A DNA stretch of 60,096 nucleotides from a virus (taxonomy: Duplodnaviria; Caudoviricetes): positions 1 to 60,096 of IMG/VR virus record IMGVR_UViG_3300047548_000544; one strand, 5' to 3'. Numbering within the stretch: position 1 is the first letter of the stretch; every line of letters begins with the position of its first letter. Positions 38,265 through 48,346 of this stretch are shown here, in pieces. Under the pieces are notes generated by a model. That model ran no database searches. It worked only from the letters and a program-made list of their open reading frames with translations, and was not told the origin of the DNA. The position numbers were made by a program, and so were the translations under genes.

Positions 38265-39319
38265 TAGGTTGCCTTTGTTTTTACAGTTTTCAAGTAGGTA
38301 TTAAAGCTAAGAACTGGTGCACCTAAGTTACCGATACCGATAGTTAAAACGATATCATAAATAAGAGGATGCTCTCCTCCACCTAGCAGTGCCATACCCA
38401 TGTTTTTAAAATCACCAGATAGTTCTATATTACCCGTTTGCTTTGTATTTCCAGTTATCTCTACATTGCCTTTCTGATTCCATTTACCTTCAGTATTGAT
38501 AGTCTTAGCTTTGGCATTGATTACATCTGTAGACATTATGTTGGTAGCTTTAGTATTTAAGTTAAATACATCAGTGGTATCGAAAGTTACAGACTTGTTA
38601 GTGATAGAGTAAGACTCTGCAGCCTTATCTATAACAAGTGAAGTCTTACCACTAGTGATTTGAATCTTACCGCTAGCTTTATCTATCTTAATTGACTGAG
38701 GCAGATCATCATTGGCATTATCACTAACTAAATAAGAACCAGTCTTGTCGAACTCATAATAGCTGAATCCAACGTCATTGTCATACTCAGGTAGTGGGTA
38801 TGCAGTTCCATTAGGTGGTTCACTTAGTTTAGATAGGTTTGTAGGTTGACCCTTGAAAGTTCTTCTGTATTCACCTTGATAGTTAATCATGGTTTGAACA
38901 CCATTGAATTCATTGATGAAAGCTACATTATCAGTTGCAGGAAGAATTTCATCTCTTCCACCGTGACTAATACAACTTAGAATAATCCCTTCTTTATTGT
39001 CACCAGCTACTGCAGCAACAACTACCATATCTCCAGGGACAACAGTAAAGTTACCCTTTCCAGAGTCACTATCTCCAGCATTAAAGCCTCTGTAGTTAAA
39101 TTCTTCATAGTTGTAGAGTCCACCAAATCTAGCAGCTCTAATACAAGTCATAGGGAACGACTTACCATTCCTCCATACTTCTACAATGTATCTTGTTTGT
39201 TGAGTAGTTTCTAAGTACACATGCTCTCTAACTACACCAATACGAATAGAAAAGTCTTTACCTATTAAAGATTTAGGATTGGAGTGTAACGAACTATCGT
39301 CAATAATATACTCTTCCAT
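38264..39319 (-). CDS. Baseplate central spike (gpV/gp5-like)
   Basis: OB-fold-like N-terminus (VPGDMVVVA..GIILSCI) and beta-helix-like C-terminal repeats (GNVEITGNTKQTGNIELSG). Confidence 0.7.
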   Translation of the reverse strand: MEEYIIDDSSLHSNPKSLIGKDFSIRIGVVREHVYLETTQQTRYIVEVWRNGKSFPMTCIRAARFGGLYNYEEFNYRGFNAGDSDSGKGNFTVVPGDMVVVAAVAGDNKEGIILSCISHGGRDEILPATDNVAFINEFNGVQTMINYQGEYRRTFKGQPTNLSKLSEPPNGTAYPLPEYDNDVGFSYYEFDKTGSYLVSDNANDDLPQSIKIDKASGKIQITSGKTSLVIDKAAESYSITNKSVTFDTTDVFNLNTKATNIMSTDVINAKAKTINTEGKWNQKGNVEITGNTKQTGNIELSGDFKNMGMALLGGGEHPLIYDIVLTIGIGNLGAPVLSFNTYLKTVKTKAT

Positions 39320-41397
39320 TATTCCTCGTTAAAATCCTTATCACCCTTTTTAAGAGGGTATTGCTGTCTATCTGGATCCATAGGTCCAGAGGTAGAGATA
39401 GTCTCGTAGTTTCTTTCTACAGATGGAGTTACTAAAGAAGTATCTTGATCTAGTGCACCCACATGGTTACCACTAACAATTATGTCGCCTTCTACATCAG
39501 TAATGATCCCTCTTACGAAGTTAATACTTGTTGTAAAGATTCTACTTCCATTTCCATCTACTTGGGTCTGATGAGTAATCGACTCAACATGAGCCATCAT
39601 AAAGGTCTTATTCTTATTAGTATTAGTTTTTAGAGTTGTGTTGATGTTCCAATTCTTATTCAAGACTTTAGATTCAACCATGATGTTGTCACCAACTTGA
39701 ATGTACTGATCTTGACCAACTAAATTAAGAGTTCCATTGAACATCTTGTGAGTATTGAAATACCATTCTTTAAGAGCATATTTGTAAGCAGAAGTTCCAA
39801 GTGGATTAGCAGCACGTTTTACAGCCGGAACATAAGTTGTTCCTCTGATCATTGGAAGTAGACCATCTCTACCAATAGAGTCTTCATCTATGAACTGAGA
39901 TTGTAATTTAACTTCTTGTGCCCAAGCTTCTTGAAATATAGTTCTAGAGATATTAACCTCAACGAAGTTAACTCTGTCTCTCCAGTTAGTTCCATAGCTG
40001 CACATAATTACAGATGATGAAGCTATTCTTTTCTTCTTAACAAACTTATAGGGAGAAATATACGGATCAACTAGACCCTTCTGACCTTCTCCACCATTCC
40101 CATTGTCACCAACAGCATTAGTATCTTTCTTAAGAACATCAAGCGGATTAATACCGAATGGTCTAACTCTAGTATATAAAGTAAGCGCTGGTTTACCTTT
40201 CTCAAATCTTATTTCAGGAATTAGTTCGTTGATTAGTTCATTTGAATTGTTAGTTATAACTTGCCAGATAGTATGCTCACCTAAGATCGTACCAAAGTCA
40301 ATAATTCCTGCAGAGTTATCTTCGTTCTCATATGTGTCTAGCGCAGTTAGTTTTCCGCCAACTTGTTTTAATACTTGAGATATTACTCCAGATGGGCTTC
40401 CGCTACCATCTACAAATCCCATGTATCTAACTAGTTCATCTGGCATTCTAAATACTTGTTGAGATTTAACTACAATCCCTGTCTTCTCGTTAATTGCAGA
40501 AGTAGGTGCGTCAGCTCTACCCCATAGACTCAATATGAATCCAATATTATCTAATGCACTAGGAAGTTTAGGTTGTTGGTCTTTAGTTACTTGTCTAGTT
40601 GATTGATCTTCTGTGTCACCAGCTACTGGTTGTGGTGGAACTGGTGCTCCAGTTGAACCATTCTTTAAGAAATCAACCTGATTAACTACAGAACCTTTGC
40701 TTGCATCATTTTTTGCTTTCTTTAATGCTCCGCTGTTTACTCCAGCATTAGCATCTTTACCAAGAGTCGAAACGTCATATCCTACAGCTCTTCGCAAGTA
40801 GTCGATGTAGCCAAATCTCTCAGCCATACCGATTGGAGCTTTCTGATCACCTGGTGTTCTACTTATTGGATCAACATAGAAGATACTATTAAAAACTGTA
40901 CCCCAATCAGAGCCAGTTACTATATATTCAGTTTCAGTTGCTCCTGTGGTTTGATTAACATTAGCTACAGCTCTTACAGACTCTATTCTTCCAAGCATCT
41001 TAAATGATTTCTCATCTACAGTTGGTGCAGTCTTAGCTGGAGCAATAGCATCTCCATTTGAGTCGAACTCTTGTTGAAATTGATAACTTACGTCATCAGC
41101 ACTTCCGTACTTAGCAGCGTCATTTAATATGCCATTAGACATTAAGATTACACACCAACTACCAGGAGTAATTGCTGTAACCCAATTTTTAAGTGGAGCT
41201 AGTCTGAATTCGAAAGATCCAGCTGGATTTGATTTTGTTTTTTGAGTACTTACACTCTTAAGAGAAAGTGAGTTTAATATAATCTGATCAATTTCAAAAG
41301 CACTGTTTTCACTTGTACTTAATTTGAAATCCCCAAGTCTATCTCTGTAGTTGTAAACAACTACCATAGCATTTGGTTTTAACAGTATAGGTTTCAC
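39319..41397 (-). CDS. Baseplate hub (gpD/gp27-like)
   Basis: KTKSNPAGSFEFRL..GRIESVR N-terminus, FNGTLNLVG..IQVGDNI..HVESITH C-terminus. Lies between tape measure and spike. Confidence 0.7.
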   Translation of the reverse strand: MKPILLKPNAMVVVYNYRDRLGDFKLSTSENSAFEIDQIILNSLSLKSVSTQKTKSNPAGSFEFRLAPLKNWVTAITPGSWCVILMSNGILNDAAKYGSADDVSYQFQQEFDSNGDAIAPAKTAPTVDEKSFKMLGRIESVRAVANVNQTTGATETEYIVTGSDWGTVFNSIFYVDPISRTPGDQKAPIGMAERFGYIDYLRRAVGYDVSTLGKDANAGVNSGALKKAKNDASKGSVVNQVDFLKNGSTGAPVPPQPVAGDTEDQSTRQVTKDQQPKLPSALDNIGFILSLWGRADAPTSAINEKTGIVVKSQQVFRMPDELVRYMGFVDGSGSPSGVISQVLKQVGGKLTALDTYENEDNSAGIIDFGTILGEHTIWQVITNNSNELINELIPEIRFEKGKPALTLYTRVRPFGINPLDVLKKDTNAVGDNGNGGEGQKGLVDPYISPYKFVKKKRIASSSVIMCSYGTNWRDRVNFVEVNISRTIFQEAWAQEVKLQSQFIDEDSIGRDGLLPMIRGTTYVPAVKRAANPLGTSAYKYALKEWYFNTHKMFNGTLNLVGQDQYIQVGDNIMVESKVLNKNWNINTTLKTNTNKNKTFMMAHVESITHQTQVDGNGSRIFTTSINFVRGIITDVEGDIIVSGNHVGALDQDTSLVTPSVERNYETISTSGPMDPDRQQYPLKKGDKDFNEE

Positions 41398-41558
41398 TTT
41401 TTCATACCCTCTATGGCTTGCATTTCTTGTAAGTATCTAATTCTAGCAACATCATCTATTGGCGCAGTTTTATCTAACTTAGCTAACTTATATGTAAAGT
41501 AAATTCCTGGACTAATTAAAAGTAAAAGTACACCACAAGTAATTAAAAATATATTCAT
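41394..41558 (-). CDS. 54-aa single-TM membrane protein
   Basis: Manual ORF MNIFLITCGVLLLLISPGIYFTYKLAK… with SD GAGGAG and a GTATAAT promoter at 41575-41581. GTGA overlap with the hub gene. Confidence 0.65.
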   Translation of the reverse strand: MNIFLITCGVLLLLISPGIYFTYKLAKLDKTAPIDDVARIRYLQEMQAIEGMKK

Positions 41559-41582
41559 AGATTCTCCTCATGATATTATACT

Positions 41583-44345
41583 TTAATTTTTTGTCTTAGA
41601 TGGTATTACGCCTCTTAGTTCACCCATTGCTTTTAACATAGCATTTTGGTGAGATATTAATTTCTGTACCGTTCCATCTAGTTGTCCAGTTGCTGATAAG
41701 AAGTTTGCTGCAGGAATAGAAAATCCATCTGCTGCCTTTCTAACTTCGTCTCCCCACTTAGCTGGGTCTACTGCTTTACCAACTTCTTCCATTGCTTTCT
41801 CTAGGTTTGCGAATCCACCAGATTCTCTTTCACCTTGAGCAACATAATCAGCACCACGATCAGCTCCCATGATTTCTGTCTTAGAACCTACTCTAGTTAT
41901 GTTAGCATTTGTTCTAACATTCTTATTAACACCACCAGCCATTCTAAAAGTAGATTCTCCACCTAAATCATTAAGTGCAGCTTTAGCTACTTGAGATAGA
42001 TCGCCGTTAGTTCCAAATTTCTCATATAGTTCTTTACCTTGAGCTGTACCTAGTAAACCTTTGTTTGCTAATGCACCACCGAAAGCTTCTTTACCAATTC
42101 CACTTATCAAAGAAGTATTCATCTTGCCATCTTTACTGATTAGATCTTTAATCCCTAACCTGTCAGCAAGTAACATAGCTTCTTGTCCGCCACCTTGAAG
42201 AACACCGATTTGCTCAAGACTCATTCCTGCGATGTTGTTCATCTGTTCAGTTGAAGCACCACGAAGACCTTTCATGTTTCTTAGTCCACCTCTTTCAAGG
42301 ATGTTACCTAAATTGAAACCAGTATCTGTAATGTTCTTATTGTAGTCTTGCATACCTTGAGCAGCAGCACCGACTGATAAATTCTTATTAACACCTTGAT
42401 CTACTAGAAATTGACTAGCTCCACCAAGCATACTAGATACAGCAGATGTTCCACCCACACCAATAGAAGCGAGACCACTTGACATTCCTAAGGTTGCATC
42501 AACCATCTGTGAAATGTTCTTAGAGTTGTCCATACCTTTAGTAGTTGCTGAAGCAATGATATCTTCTAGATCACTATTAGCTCCACCGGCAGCAACTAAT
42601 CTAGATGCAGCACCGATATATTCTTCACGACCCATTTGTCCAAGTTGACCAGCACGTCCAGCACCGCGAATCATATCGATTCCGCCAACTTCAGACATTG
42701 AACCAGCTTGACCTAACATTCCAGAAAGAGCAACTGACATTTCAGGAGAAATACCATTGGCTGCTAGACCTTTAAGCATGTCTCCACTCATTAGTTGAGA
42801 CTGAACTTGTGAGCCACTTCCAAGACCCATAGTCGATTGAAATGTTCCTAAACCTTGATTATAGAAAGCTTGCATCTGTTGTGCACGGATATGTCTTTCT
42901 TCTGCTGATAATTGTTTTGAAGCAGTATATGAATTAATTGAACTTGCAGCACCTTCGTTTCCGTATGCTACGTTAGTAACAGCAGTTGATGAGTTTGCTA
43001 AAGCAGTTACACCACCTATTACTGCTCCACCAATTGCACCAGGAACAGCTCCGATACCTGCAACAGCAAGACCAGCAGCTCCACCAATTGCAGCACCTTT
43101 TCCGATACCACCAAGAACACTTGCGCCAACGTTAGATCCAGCTTCGATACCTTTAGCTACGTTAGTAAATCCTTTATTAGCATCACCATATTGTTTAGTG
43201 AATGAATCACCAAGAACGTCAAGCATTGCATCAACAGAGTGACCTCTTACTGCTGCATCAGCTTTATCATATATAGCATTACCCATCTTCGCGAATTGAC
43301 CGCGATTGTTCATTTGAGTAATATCTTGTTCAACTGCAATAGTATTAGCTGCACCAGCAACTGCACCTATAGCTTGAAATCCCATTTGAGCGAATTGAGC
43401 AACACCAGCATACTTGCCGAAGATTCCTCCTCCGCCTCCACCTTTATCTGACATTCCTTTGACAACTCTAGTTTGTTCATCTAAGGCTTCATTTGCTTTA
43501 TGTAATTTCTCTGCGAAGTCTTCAATACCGGAAGCACCAGTTTCAATTGCTTTTTCATAATCAGCCTGAGCTGAACTTCTAGCTTCCCTCTTAGCGTTAA
43601 GGGATCCCATCTCTTCATCATAAGACTTTACTTCACCTTTATTGATTTTAGTTTCAATCTTCTTTCTTTTGAGGAATTCACCAACGTCCCTATCTAAGTC
43701 CTCGCCACGATTAGTAAGCTTTTCAGTTGAAAGACCTTCTCTACCTTGGATTTTTAAGAGTGCTTTGTTTTGTGCGATACGAGCTTCGATCTGTGAAAGT
43801 CCACCAGCTCTTTCTCTAATACTATCAGTTCCAGCACCAGGTTGTAATGCTCTAGCTTCATCAGCTAGTCCAGTACCTAATGCGGATGCCGCTTCAATAT
43901 CAGATTGAATATCAGCTTCAATAGAGTTAGTTGGTCTGAAAAGTCCACCACTGTTCTTTGCAGCGCTTCTATAAGCTTGCTGACCAGACATTGTAGTTGT
44001 TCTTCTATTGATGTTACTTGATTTAGAATAAGTATCTAAACCACGAGCTAATACTTTATTTGATTTTGCTGTTAAGGACTGATCTACAGAGAGTGAGTAC
44101 TTATGTGCTTCATCTTCTGCGAAACCTAATTGTTCAGCTATCATCTGTTGATGAGCGGTACCTGGAGATGCAGAGTTAAACTTTTCTTCGAGCTCAGCTG
44201 CCTTATTAACTAGACGTTGTAGTTTTTCGTCATTTAGCGATGCTTCATATTCAGTACTTTTATCGTACTGTCTAGCCATCTCTTGAACGGCTTTAGGGGC
44301 AACACCGTTGACCTTGCCACCCTTCTTATTTACGTCATCAGCCAT
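41583..44345 (-). CDS. Tape measure protein
   Basis: 920 aa, helical and A/G/M-rich with a Gly-rich hydrophobic segment. Directly follows the chaperone pair. Confidence 0.8.
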   Translation of the reverse strand: MADDVNKKGGKVNGVAPKAVQEMARQYDKSTEYEASLNDEKLQRLVNKAAELEEKFNSASPGTAHQQMIAEQLGFAEDEAHKYSLSVDQSLTAKSNKVLARGLDTYSKSSNINRRTTTMSGQQAYRSAAKNSGGLFRPTNSIEADIQSDIEAASALGTGLADEARALQPGAGTDSIRERAGGLSQIEARIAQNKALLKIQGREGLSTEKLTNRGEDLDRDVGEFLKRKKIETKINKGEVKSYDEEMGSLNAKREARSSAQADYEKAIETGASGIEDFAEKLHKANEALDEQTRVVKGMSDKGGGGGGIFGKYAGVAQFAQMGFQAIGAVAGAANTIAVEQDITQMNNRGQFAKMGNAIYDKADAAVRGHSVDAMLDVLGDSFTKQYGDANKGFTNVAKGIEAGSNVGASVLGGIGKGAAIGGAAGLAVAGIGAVPGAIGGAVIGGVTALANSSTAVTNVAYGNEGAASSINSYTASKQLSAEERHIRAQQMQAFYNQGLGTFQSTMGLGSGSQVQSQLMSGDMLKGLAANGISPEMSVALSGMLGQAGSMSEVGGIDMIRGAGRAGQLGQMGREEYIGAASRLVAAGGANSDLEDIIASATTKGMDNSKNISQMVDATLGMSSGLASIGVGGTSAVSSMLGGASQFLVDQGVNKNLSVGAAAQGMQDYNKNITDTGFNLGNILERGGLRNMKGLRGASTEQMNNIAGMSLEQIGVLQGGGQEAMLLADRLGIKDLISKDGKMNTSLISGIGKEAFGGALANKGLLGTAQGKELYEKFGTNGDLSQVAKAALNDLGGESTFRMAGGVNKNVRTNANITRVGSKTEIMGADRGADYVAQGERESGGFANLEKAMEEVGKAVDPAKWGDEVRKAADGFSIPAANFLSATGQLDGTVQKLISHQNAMLKAMGELRGVIPSKTKN

Positions 44346-44348
44346 TCA

Positions 44349-44780
44349 TTACTCCGAGAAGTCCATATTTAAGTCGTCGCCAAAAGTAGGATCTTGTTTC
44401 TTAAGCTGCTCAACCATCCAAAGTTCTTCAGCTTTCTTTTTGGCCTCTTCGGCTTCACGCTCTTTGCGCTCTTCCTCTTCGATCCAAGATTCAGTCTCTT
44501 CTACTATTGCTTCTTCTATTTTATCAGCTTCTTCCTCAAGTACAGCGATAGATGCGTTTTTACGTTCTTCTTTATCGTGATATTCATACAATAGGTCATA
44601 AGTCGTATACTCTGCGAGCAAAGGATCCTTTAAAGGTCTATTGTAAGTTCTACACCACCATGAACGTAAGAATAGGTCCATGCCCTCTTCTGATCCAGTG
44701 TTGCGAGAGTGATATTTTGCAATGTTTTCAATAGCTTCGAACGCAGATAGCTGGCTTAGCTCTGCTTCTGTTCGTTTCCC
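44349..44780 (-). CDS. Tail assembly chaperone, -1 frameshift extension (gpT-like)
   Basis: The frame is open from the slippery site at 44774-44780 through the ATG at 44681 to the stop at 44349. Confidence 0.75.
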   Translation of the reverse strand, partial: GKRTEAELSQLSAFEAIENIAKYHSRNTGSEEGMDLFLRSWWCRTYNRPLKDPLLAEYTTYDLLYEYHDKEERKNASIAVLEEEADKIEEAIVEETESWIEEEERKEREAEEAKKKAEELWMVEQLKKQDPTFGDDLNMDFSE

Positions 44781-45139
44781 ACTGGATCTGACTTCTTTTT
44801 TAGTTCGTCATGCCAGTTTTGAGAAGCTTGTAAGCATTCGCTCCAAACATCAAATAGGATATTGTCGTCTAGAGTTTCAAGGTCACCAATCATCTGGTCA
44901 AACCAATCTGGTGCTTTAAGTACTCTAATTCTTAGGTTCGCCACTACTCTTGAGATAGCGATTAGATTGCTTGTTGGGTTTTTTAAGTCAACCATTAGAC
45001 GAGACTGTTCAATTTCAAGAACTCTCTTATCTGCTGCAGTTAACACACATTTAACTGAGAATTGACCTTCATACTTAAATCCAGTTACTTCCCCTTCTTT
45101 AGAGAACATAAATGATTTTTCATTCTTAGGTAAGTTCAT
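44756..45139 (-). CDS. Tail assembly chaperone (gpG-like)
   Basis: Lies between the tube genes and the tape measure. Has a G GGA AAC slippery heptamer a few codons before its stop. Confidence 0.8.
   Translation of the reverse strand: MNLPKNEKSFMFSKEGEVTGFKYEGQFSVKCVLTAADKRVLEIEQSRLMVDLKNPTSNLIAISRVVANLRIRVLKAPDWFDQMIGDLETLDDNILFDVWSECLQASQNWHDELKKKSDPVGNEQKQS
44774..44780 (-). other. Programmed -1 ribosomal frameshift site GGGAAAC
   Basis: X XXY YYZ heptamer. The -1 frame reads K-R-T-E-A-E-L-S-Q…E-E-G-M-D-L-F with no stop into the next ORF. Confidence 0.8.
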
Positions 45140-45186
45140 AGTTACTCCTTTAGTATCTTATAATAATAGATTATACCCGCTTCAAA

Positions 45187-45783
45187 TTAGAATAGGTTTT
45201 TGACTTTATCTGTGAGCTTGCCTAAAGAGCTAGTTCCGTCAACATCTACTGGATCACCAATGCCATCAACTTCTTTTGGAGCTCTTTCATCTGCCCAACC
45301 AATTGCTTTAAATGATAGAGTCATATCAGCAAGTTGATCGATCTTAATGTTTTCTGTTCTATTGGTTATCATAGCTTTGTTAGCTAAGAATATTAGGTTA
45401 TCAGTCTGACTATCTCTTACTTCGATGTCGATGTATCTTTGGTGCATGAATGAAGCAATATCAGTTTGAATAAGAGTCAAAGAAGGTCCAGACCCAGGAA
45501 TTCTAAATCCTGAGATAGCACCAGTAACTTCAATCCTAGAAGGAGCTAGTTCATATGGAAGATAGTCATCTATAGTATTGATTTCAGTAACAGCTGTCTT
45601 GATTTCCCAAGAGATAGCAAATGCAAACCCAATGATCTTTCCATTTACTCTAAGAACACAGCGTGCACCACTGAGATACTTAGCCATTGGCTTAGCGGAG
45701 AATATACCTTCAACGTTTGAAACTAGATTACTAGCTAAGCCTTGAAGAAGTGAATTGCCATTATCTAATCTATTCTCTGCCAT
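45187..45783 (-). CDS. Tail tube-like protein (paralogue 3)
   Basis: YLSGARCVLRVNGKIIGFA..ISW..EINTID.Y.P.EL.P aligns with the other two tube genes. Confidence 0.7.
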   Translation of the reverse strand: MAENRLDNGNSLLQGLASNLVSNVEGIFSAKPMAKYLSGARCVLRVNGKIIGFAFAISWEIKTAVTEINTIDDYLPYELAPSRIEVTGAISGFRIPGSGPSLTLIQTDIASFMHQRYIDIEVRDSQTDNLIFLANKAMITNRTENIKIDQLADMTLSFKAIGWADERAPKEVDGIGDPVDVDGTSSLGKLTDKVKNLF

Positions 45784-45786
45784 AAA

Positions 45787-46374
45787 TTACGCCCACTGTT
45801 GTCCTCTGCCAGAGAAGTCAGCTAAGAAGCTATCTTCATCGACATATAAAGCGGTAAATTGAAATGTTTGAGTTGCTACACTACCTTTTGCTAGGCTAAA
45901 GTCAGCTCTTGTAATTCTGGCTTCTCTAATTCTAGCGACAGACTGTAGTCTACCATCTGATAACTTTTGAAACACGTCTATCTCAAATCCAGTTGCTTTT
46001 TCTAGTTTACCAGGATTTAAATTATCATAAGCACGACCATCTGTTGCACTTAGATTGAAGCCAGCTGCTAATCTTTTACCGAGACCATCTGGTCCCCAGT
46101 TTCCGATACCGTTACCACCTTCGTCAACTCCATGAGGTAGTTTGCCACCCACATTTCCAGCAACGTCAGCAACATATCTCACAACAGTGAAAGTTCCAGT
46201 AACTGAATAGCCAATAGGCTCAATAGATGTAGGTTCGTACATTCCTAATACTTTAGGAGATGCGTGGTTGACAGTAACTGAATATGATAGATTTGTACAG
46301 TAAGCTAAAGTAAGGTTGTTCACCTTAATCTTTGCATTAGCACCTGTTAAAAAGAAGGGTCTCATTCCGGCCAT
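45787..46374 (-). CDS. Tail tube-like protein (paralogue 2)
   Basis: MAGMRPFFLTGANAKIKVNNLTLAY..EP..Y.V.GT..VVRY..FEIDVFQKL, strongly similar to 46456-46992. Confidence 0.75.
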   Translation of the reverse strand: MAGMRPFFLTGANAKIKVNNLTLAYCTNLSYSVTVNHASPKVLGMYEPTSIEPIGYSVTGTFTVVRYVADVAGNVGGKLPHGVDEGGNGIGNWGPDGLGKRLAAGFNLSATDGRAYDNLNPGKLEKATGFEIDVFQKLSDGRLQSVARIREARITRADFSLAKGSVATQTFQFTALYVDEDSFLADFSGRGQQWA

Positions 46375-46421
46375 AAAGTTACTCCTATAGGGTATTATAA
46401 CTTATTTTAGCTTAATGAGTG

Positions 46422-46446
46422 AAAAGAAGGGCTTCCGAAGAAGCCC
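46422..46446 (-). terminator. Intrinsic terminator after the major tube gene
   Basis: GGGCTTC-TTCG-GAAGCCC (cUUCGg loop) followed by TTCTTTT. Confidence 0.85.
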
Positions 46447-46455
46447 CTGATTTGA

Positions 46456-46992
46456 TTACGGTTGAAGGTCAAGATCACCTGAGTTACCGACTTCTACTGC
46501 ACTATCGTTATCCATTAAGATAGCGTTGAATGCGAATTGCTCAACAAGGATTCCTCTCTTATTAATAGATCCACCCTTACGAGTAAATCTACAGTCTCTT
46601 AGTTTACCTACTGATTCAGTTCCACCAGAAGCTAGCTTTTGGAAGATTTCTAGGTCAAAAGTTTCAGAAGCGATCATTCTTGCAGGGTCAAATCCAGAAC
46701 CAGCGTTTCCACCAGATCCAGCAGCGTTGATCATCTGCTCAACTGAGTTACCGTTAGCTGCAGCTCCGTTCATAGCAGAAGCTTCTTTAGTGTATCTGAT
46801 GATACTTAAAGTTCCGTCTACGAAATAAGCAACAGGTTCGTTAGAGACCACTTCATATCTTCCCATTGTTTCAATAGGGATAGTTGTTACAGTTGTGTTG
46901 TATGAAACATCTTGAGCGTATGCAAGAGTAAGATTTGATAACTTTATTTTTGCAGTAGCGCCCGTAATAAACGACGGTGTTTTGCCAGCCAT
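46456..46992 (-). CDS. Major tail tube protein
   Basis: Start MAGKTPSFITGATAKIK at 46992 (SD AAGGAG). Has its own promoter TGTTATAAT at 47058-47066 and a terminator. Lies near the sheath gene. Confidence 0.75.
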   Translation of the reverse strand: MAGKTPSFITGATAKIKLSNLTLAYAQDVSYNTTVTTIPIETMGRYEVVSNEPVAYFVDGTLSIIRYTKEASAMNGAAANGNSVEQMINAAGSGGNAGSGFDPARMIASETFDLEIFQKLASGGTESVGKLRDCRFTRKGGSINKRGILVEQFAFNAILMDNDSAVEVGNSGDLDLQP

Positions 46993-47115
46993 ATTGACTC
47001 CTTTGTGGTATGGTTCCACTTACCTAAAATTTGTAAGTCTTAATTGACTACTTTTTAATTATAACATGAGTTCACTTAAACATAGTGCAAATATCAAATT
47101 TGGTATAATAAAAAC

Positions 47116-47778
47116 ATGGATAAAATAAAGATTTATAGAAAATGTGGAAAGAAGTATGATTATTACTATAGATTCTTTTGTGAAGAATGCAAAAAAGATC
47201 GTGGATATTTGCCAAATAAAAAATCATCTAGTTTATGTAAGAGTTGTGCCGGTAAAATAAGTCATGCTAATATTTCAGAAGAAACTAAAGAAAAAATGTC
47301 AAAAGCAAAGAAAGGTATTCAAACCTGGAATAAGGGGTTGACTAATATCTATTCAGAAGAAACTAAGAAAAACATGGGTGTTAAAAACATAGGTTCTATC
47401 CCCTACAATAAAGGTGTAGAAATGTCTCTTGAACAAAAGATAAAATTAAGCTGTACAAATAGAGATATTAATTTAGAAGATTTCGATGATTTTACTATGC
47501 CAGAAAGTAAAAGAGAAAGATGCAAATTTAAAACTTCTGGCCTTAGAGAACAATGTTTTGAAAAAGCTGATTATACATGCGACATAACTGGAAAGAAAGG
47601 CTGTGAATTAAATGCTCATCATTTAGAGTCGTGGCATTCAAATGAAGAATTAAGATACGATATTGATAATCTGGTCTGCATCTCTAAAGAGATGCACGAC
47701 GAGTTTCATAGAGTTTATGGGAGAAAGAATAATACGAAAGAGCAATATGAAAAGTTTAAGAGATCTTATTTTTTGTAA
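47116..47778 (+). CDS. NUMOD3-HNH homing endonuclease inserted antisense in the tail operon
   Basis: SEETKEKMS / WNKG / SEETKKNM repeats and LNAHHLESW..YDIDNLVCISKEMHDEFH. Own promoter TGGTATAAT at 47101-47109. Confidence 0.85.
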   Translation: MDKIKIYRKCGKKYDYYYRFFCEECKKDRGYLPNKKSSSLCKSCAGKISHANISEETKEKMSKAKKGIQTWNKGLTNIYSEETKKNMGVKNIGSIPYNKGVEMSLEQKIKLSCTNRDINLEDFDDFTMPESKRERCKFKTSGLREQCFEKADYTCDITGKKGCELNAHHLESWHSNEELRYDIDNLVCISKEMHDEFHRVYGRKNNTKEQYEKFKRSYFL

Positions 47779-48287
47779 GAGGCTCTTCTAGCTGCTGCTT
47801 CAGCTTCGGCCTTAGCTTTAGCTTCTGATGCTTTATTAGCTTTAACGTTCTTAATATCTGCGACTTGTTCTTTAGGAGAAACCATTTTAGTTTCACCAGC
47901 TGCATTAGTAACTTTAGCTGGTTGACGAATAGATCCTAGTGCTTGTGATACTTTAGCTTTATGTTCAGCATTATCAAGTTTAGACCCTAAACCTTTATCT
48001 AAAGACCATTGACCGTTCTTAGCGAAAGATACTTCTTCCATCTTAATTACGTCGCCTTCTTCTTTTTTGATATGCATATCTTTATATGCTGAGTTTTTGT
48101 CTTTATCTTCGTCGTGTTTCTTTTCATTGTGAGTATCAATAGCTTCAGCCATTAATCTTTTGTCTTCTTTCTCGTCAGGGTGTTTTTCAGAACACTCAAG
48201 ACTTCCATTAACATCGTCGCCCATACCTTTTTCTAGGTCAGCTTTATATTCTCTAAGTTTCTTTTCTAGTTCTAGTAACTTTTCCAT
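47766..48287 (-). CDS. Highly charged hypothetical (possible virion) protein
   Basis: 173 aa, with LEKG / FAKNGQWSLDKG motifs. Downstream of the sheath gene. Confidence 0.6.
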   Translation of the reverse strand: MEKLLELEKKLREYKADLEKGMGDDVNGSLECSEKHPDEKEDKRLMAEAIDTHNEKKHDEDKDKNSAYKDMHIKKEEGDVIKMEEVSFAKNGQWSLDKGLGSKLDNAEHKAKVSQALGSIRQPAKVTNAAGETKMVSPKEQVADIKNVKANKASEAKAKAEAEAAARRASYKK

Positions 48288-48301
48288 GATGTACTTCCTA
48301 T

Positions 48302-48327
48302 AAAAATTAAGGCAGCCGTAGCTGCCC
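48302..48327 (-). terminator. Hairpin / terminator after the sheath gene
   Basis: GGCAGC-TACG-GCTGCC (cUACGg loop) followed by TTAATTTTT. Confidence 0.7.
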
Positions 48328-48346
48328 TAATCTTATTATACTGTAA

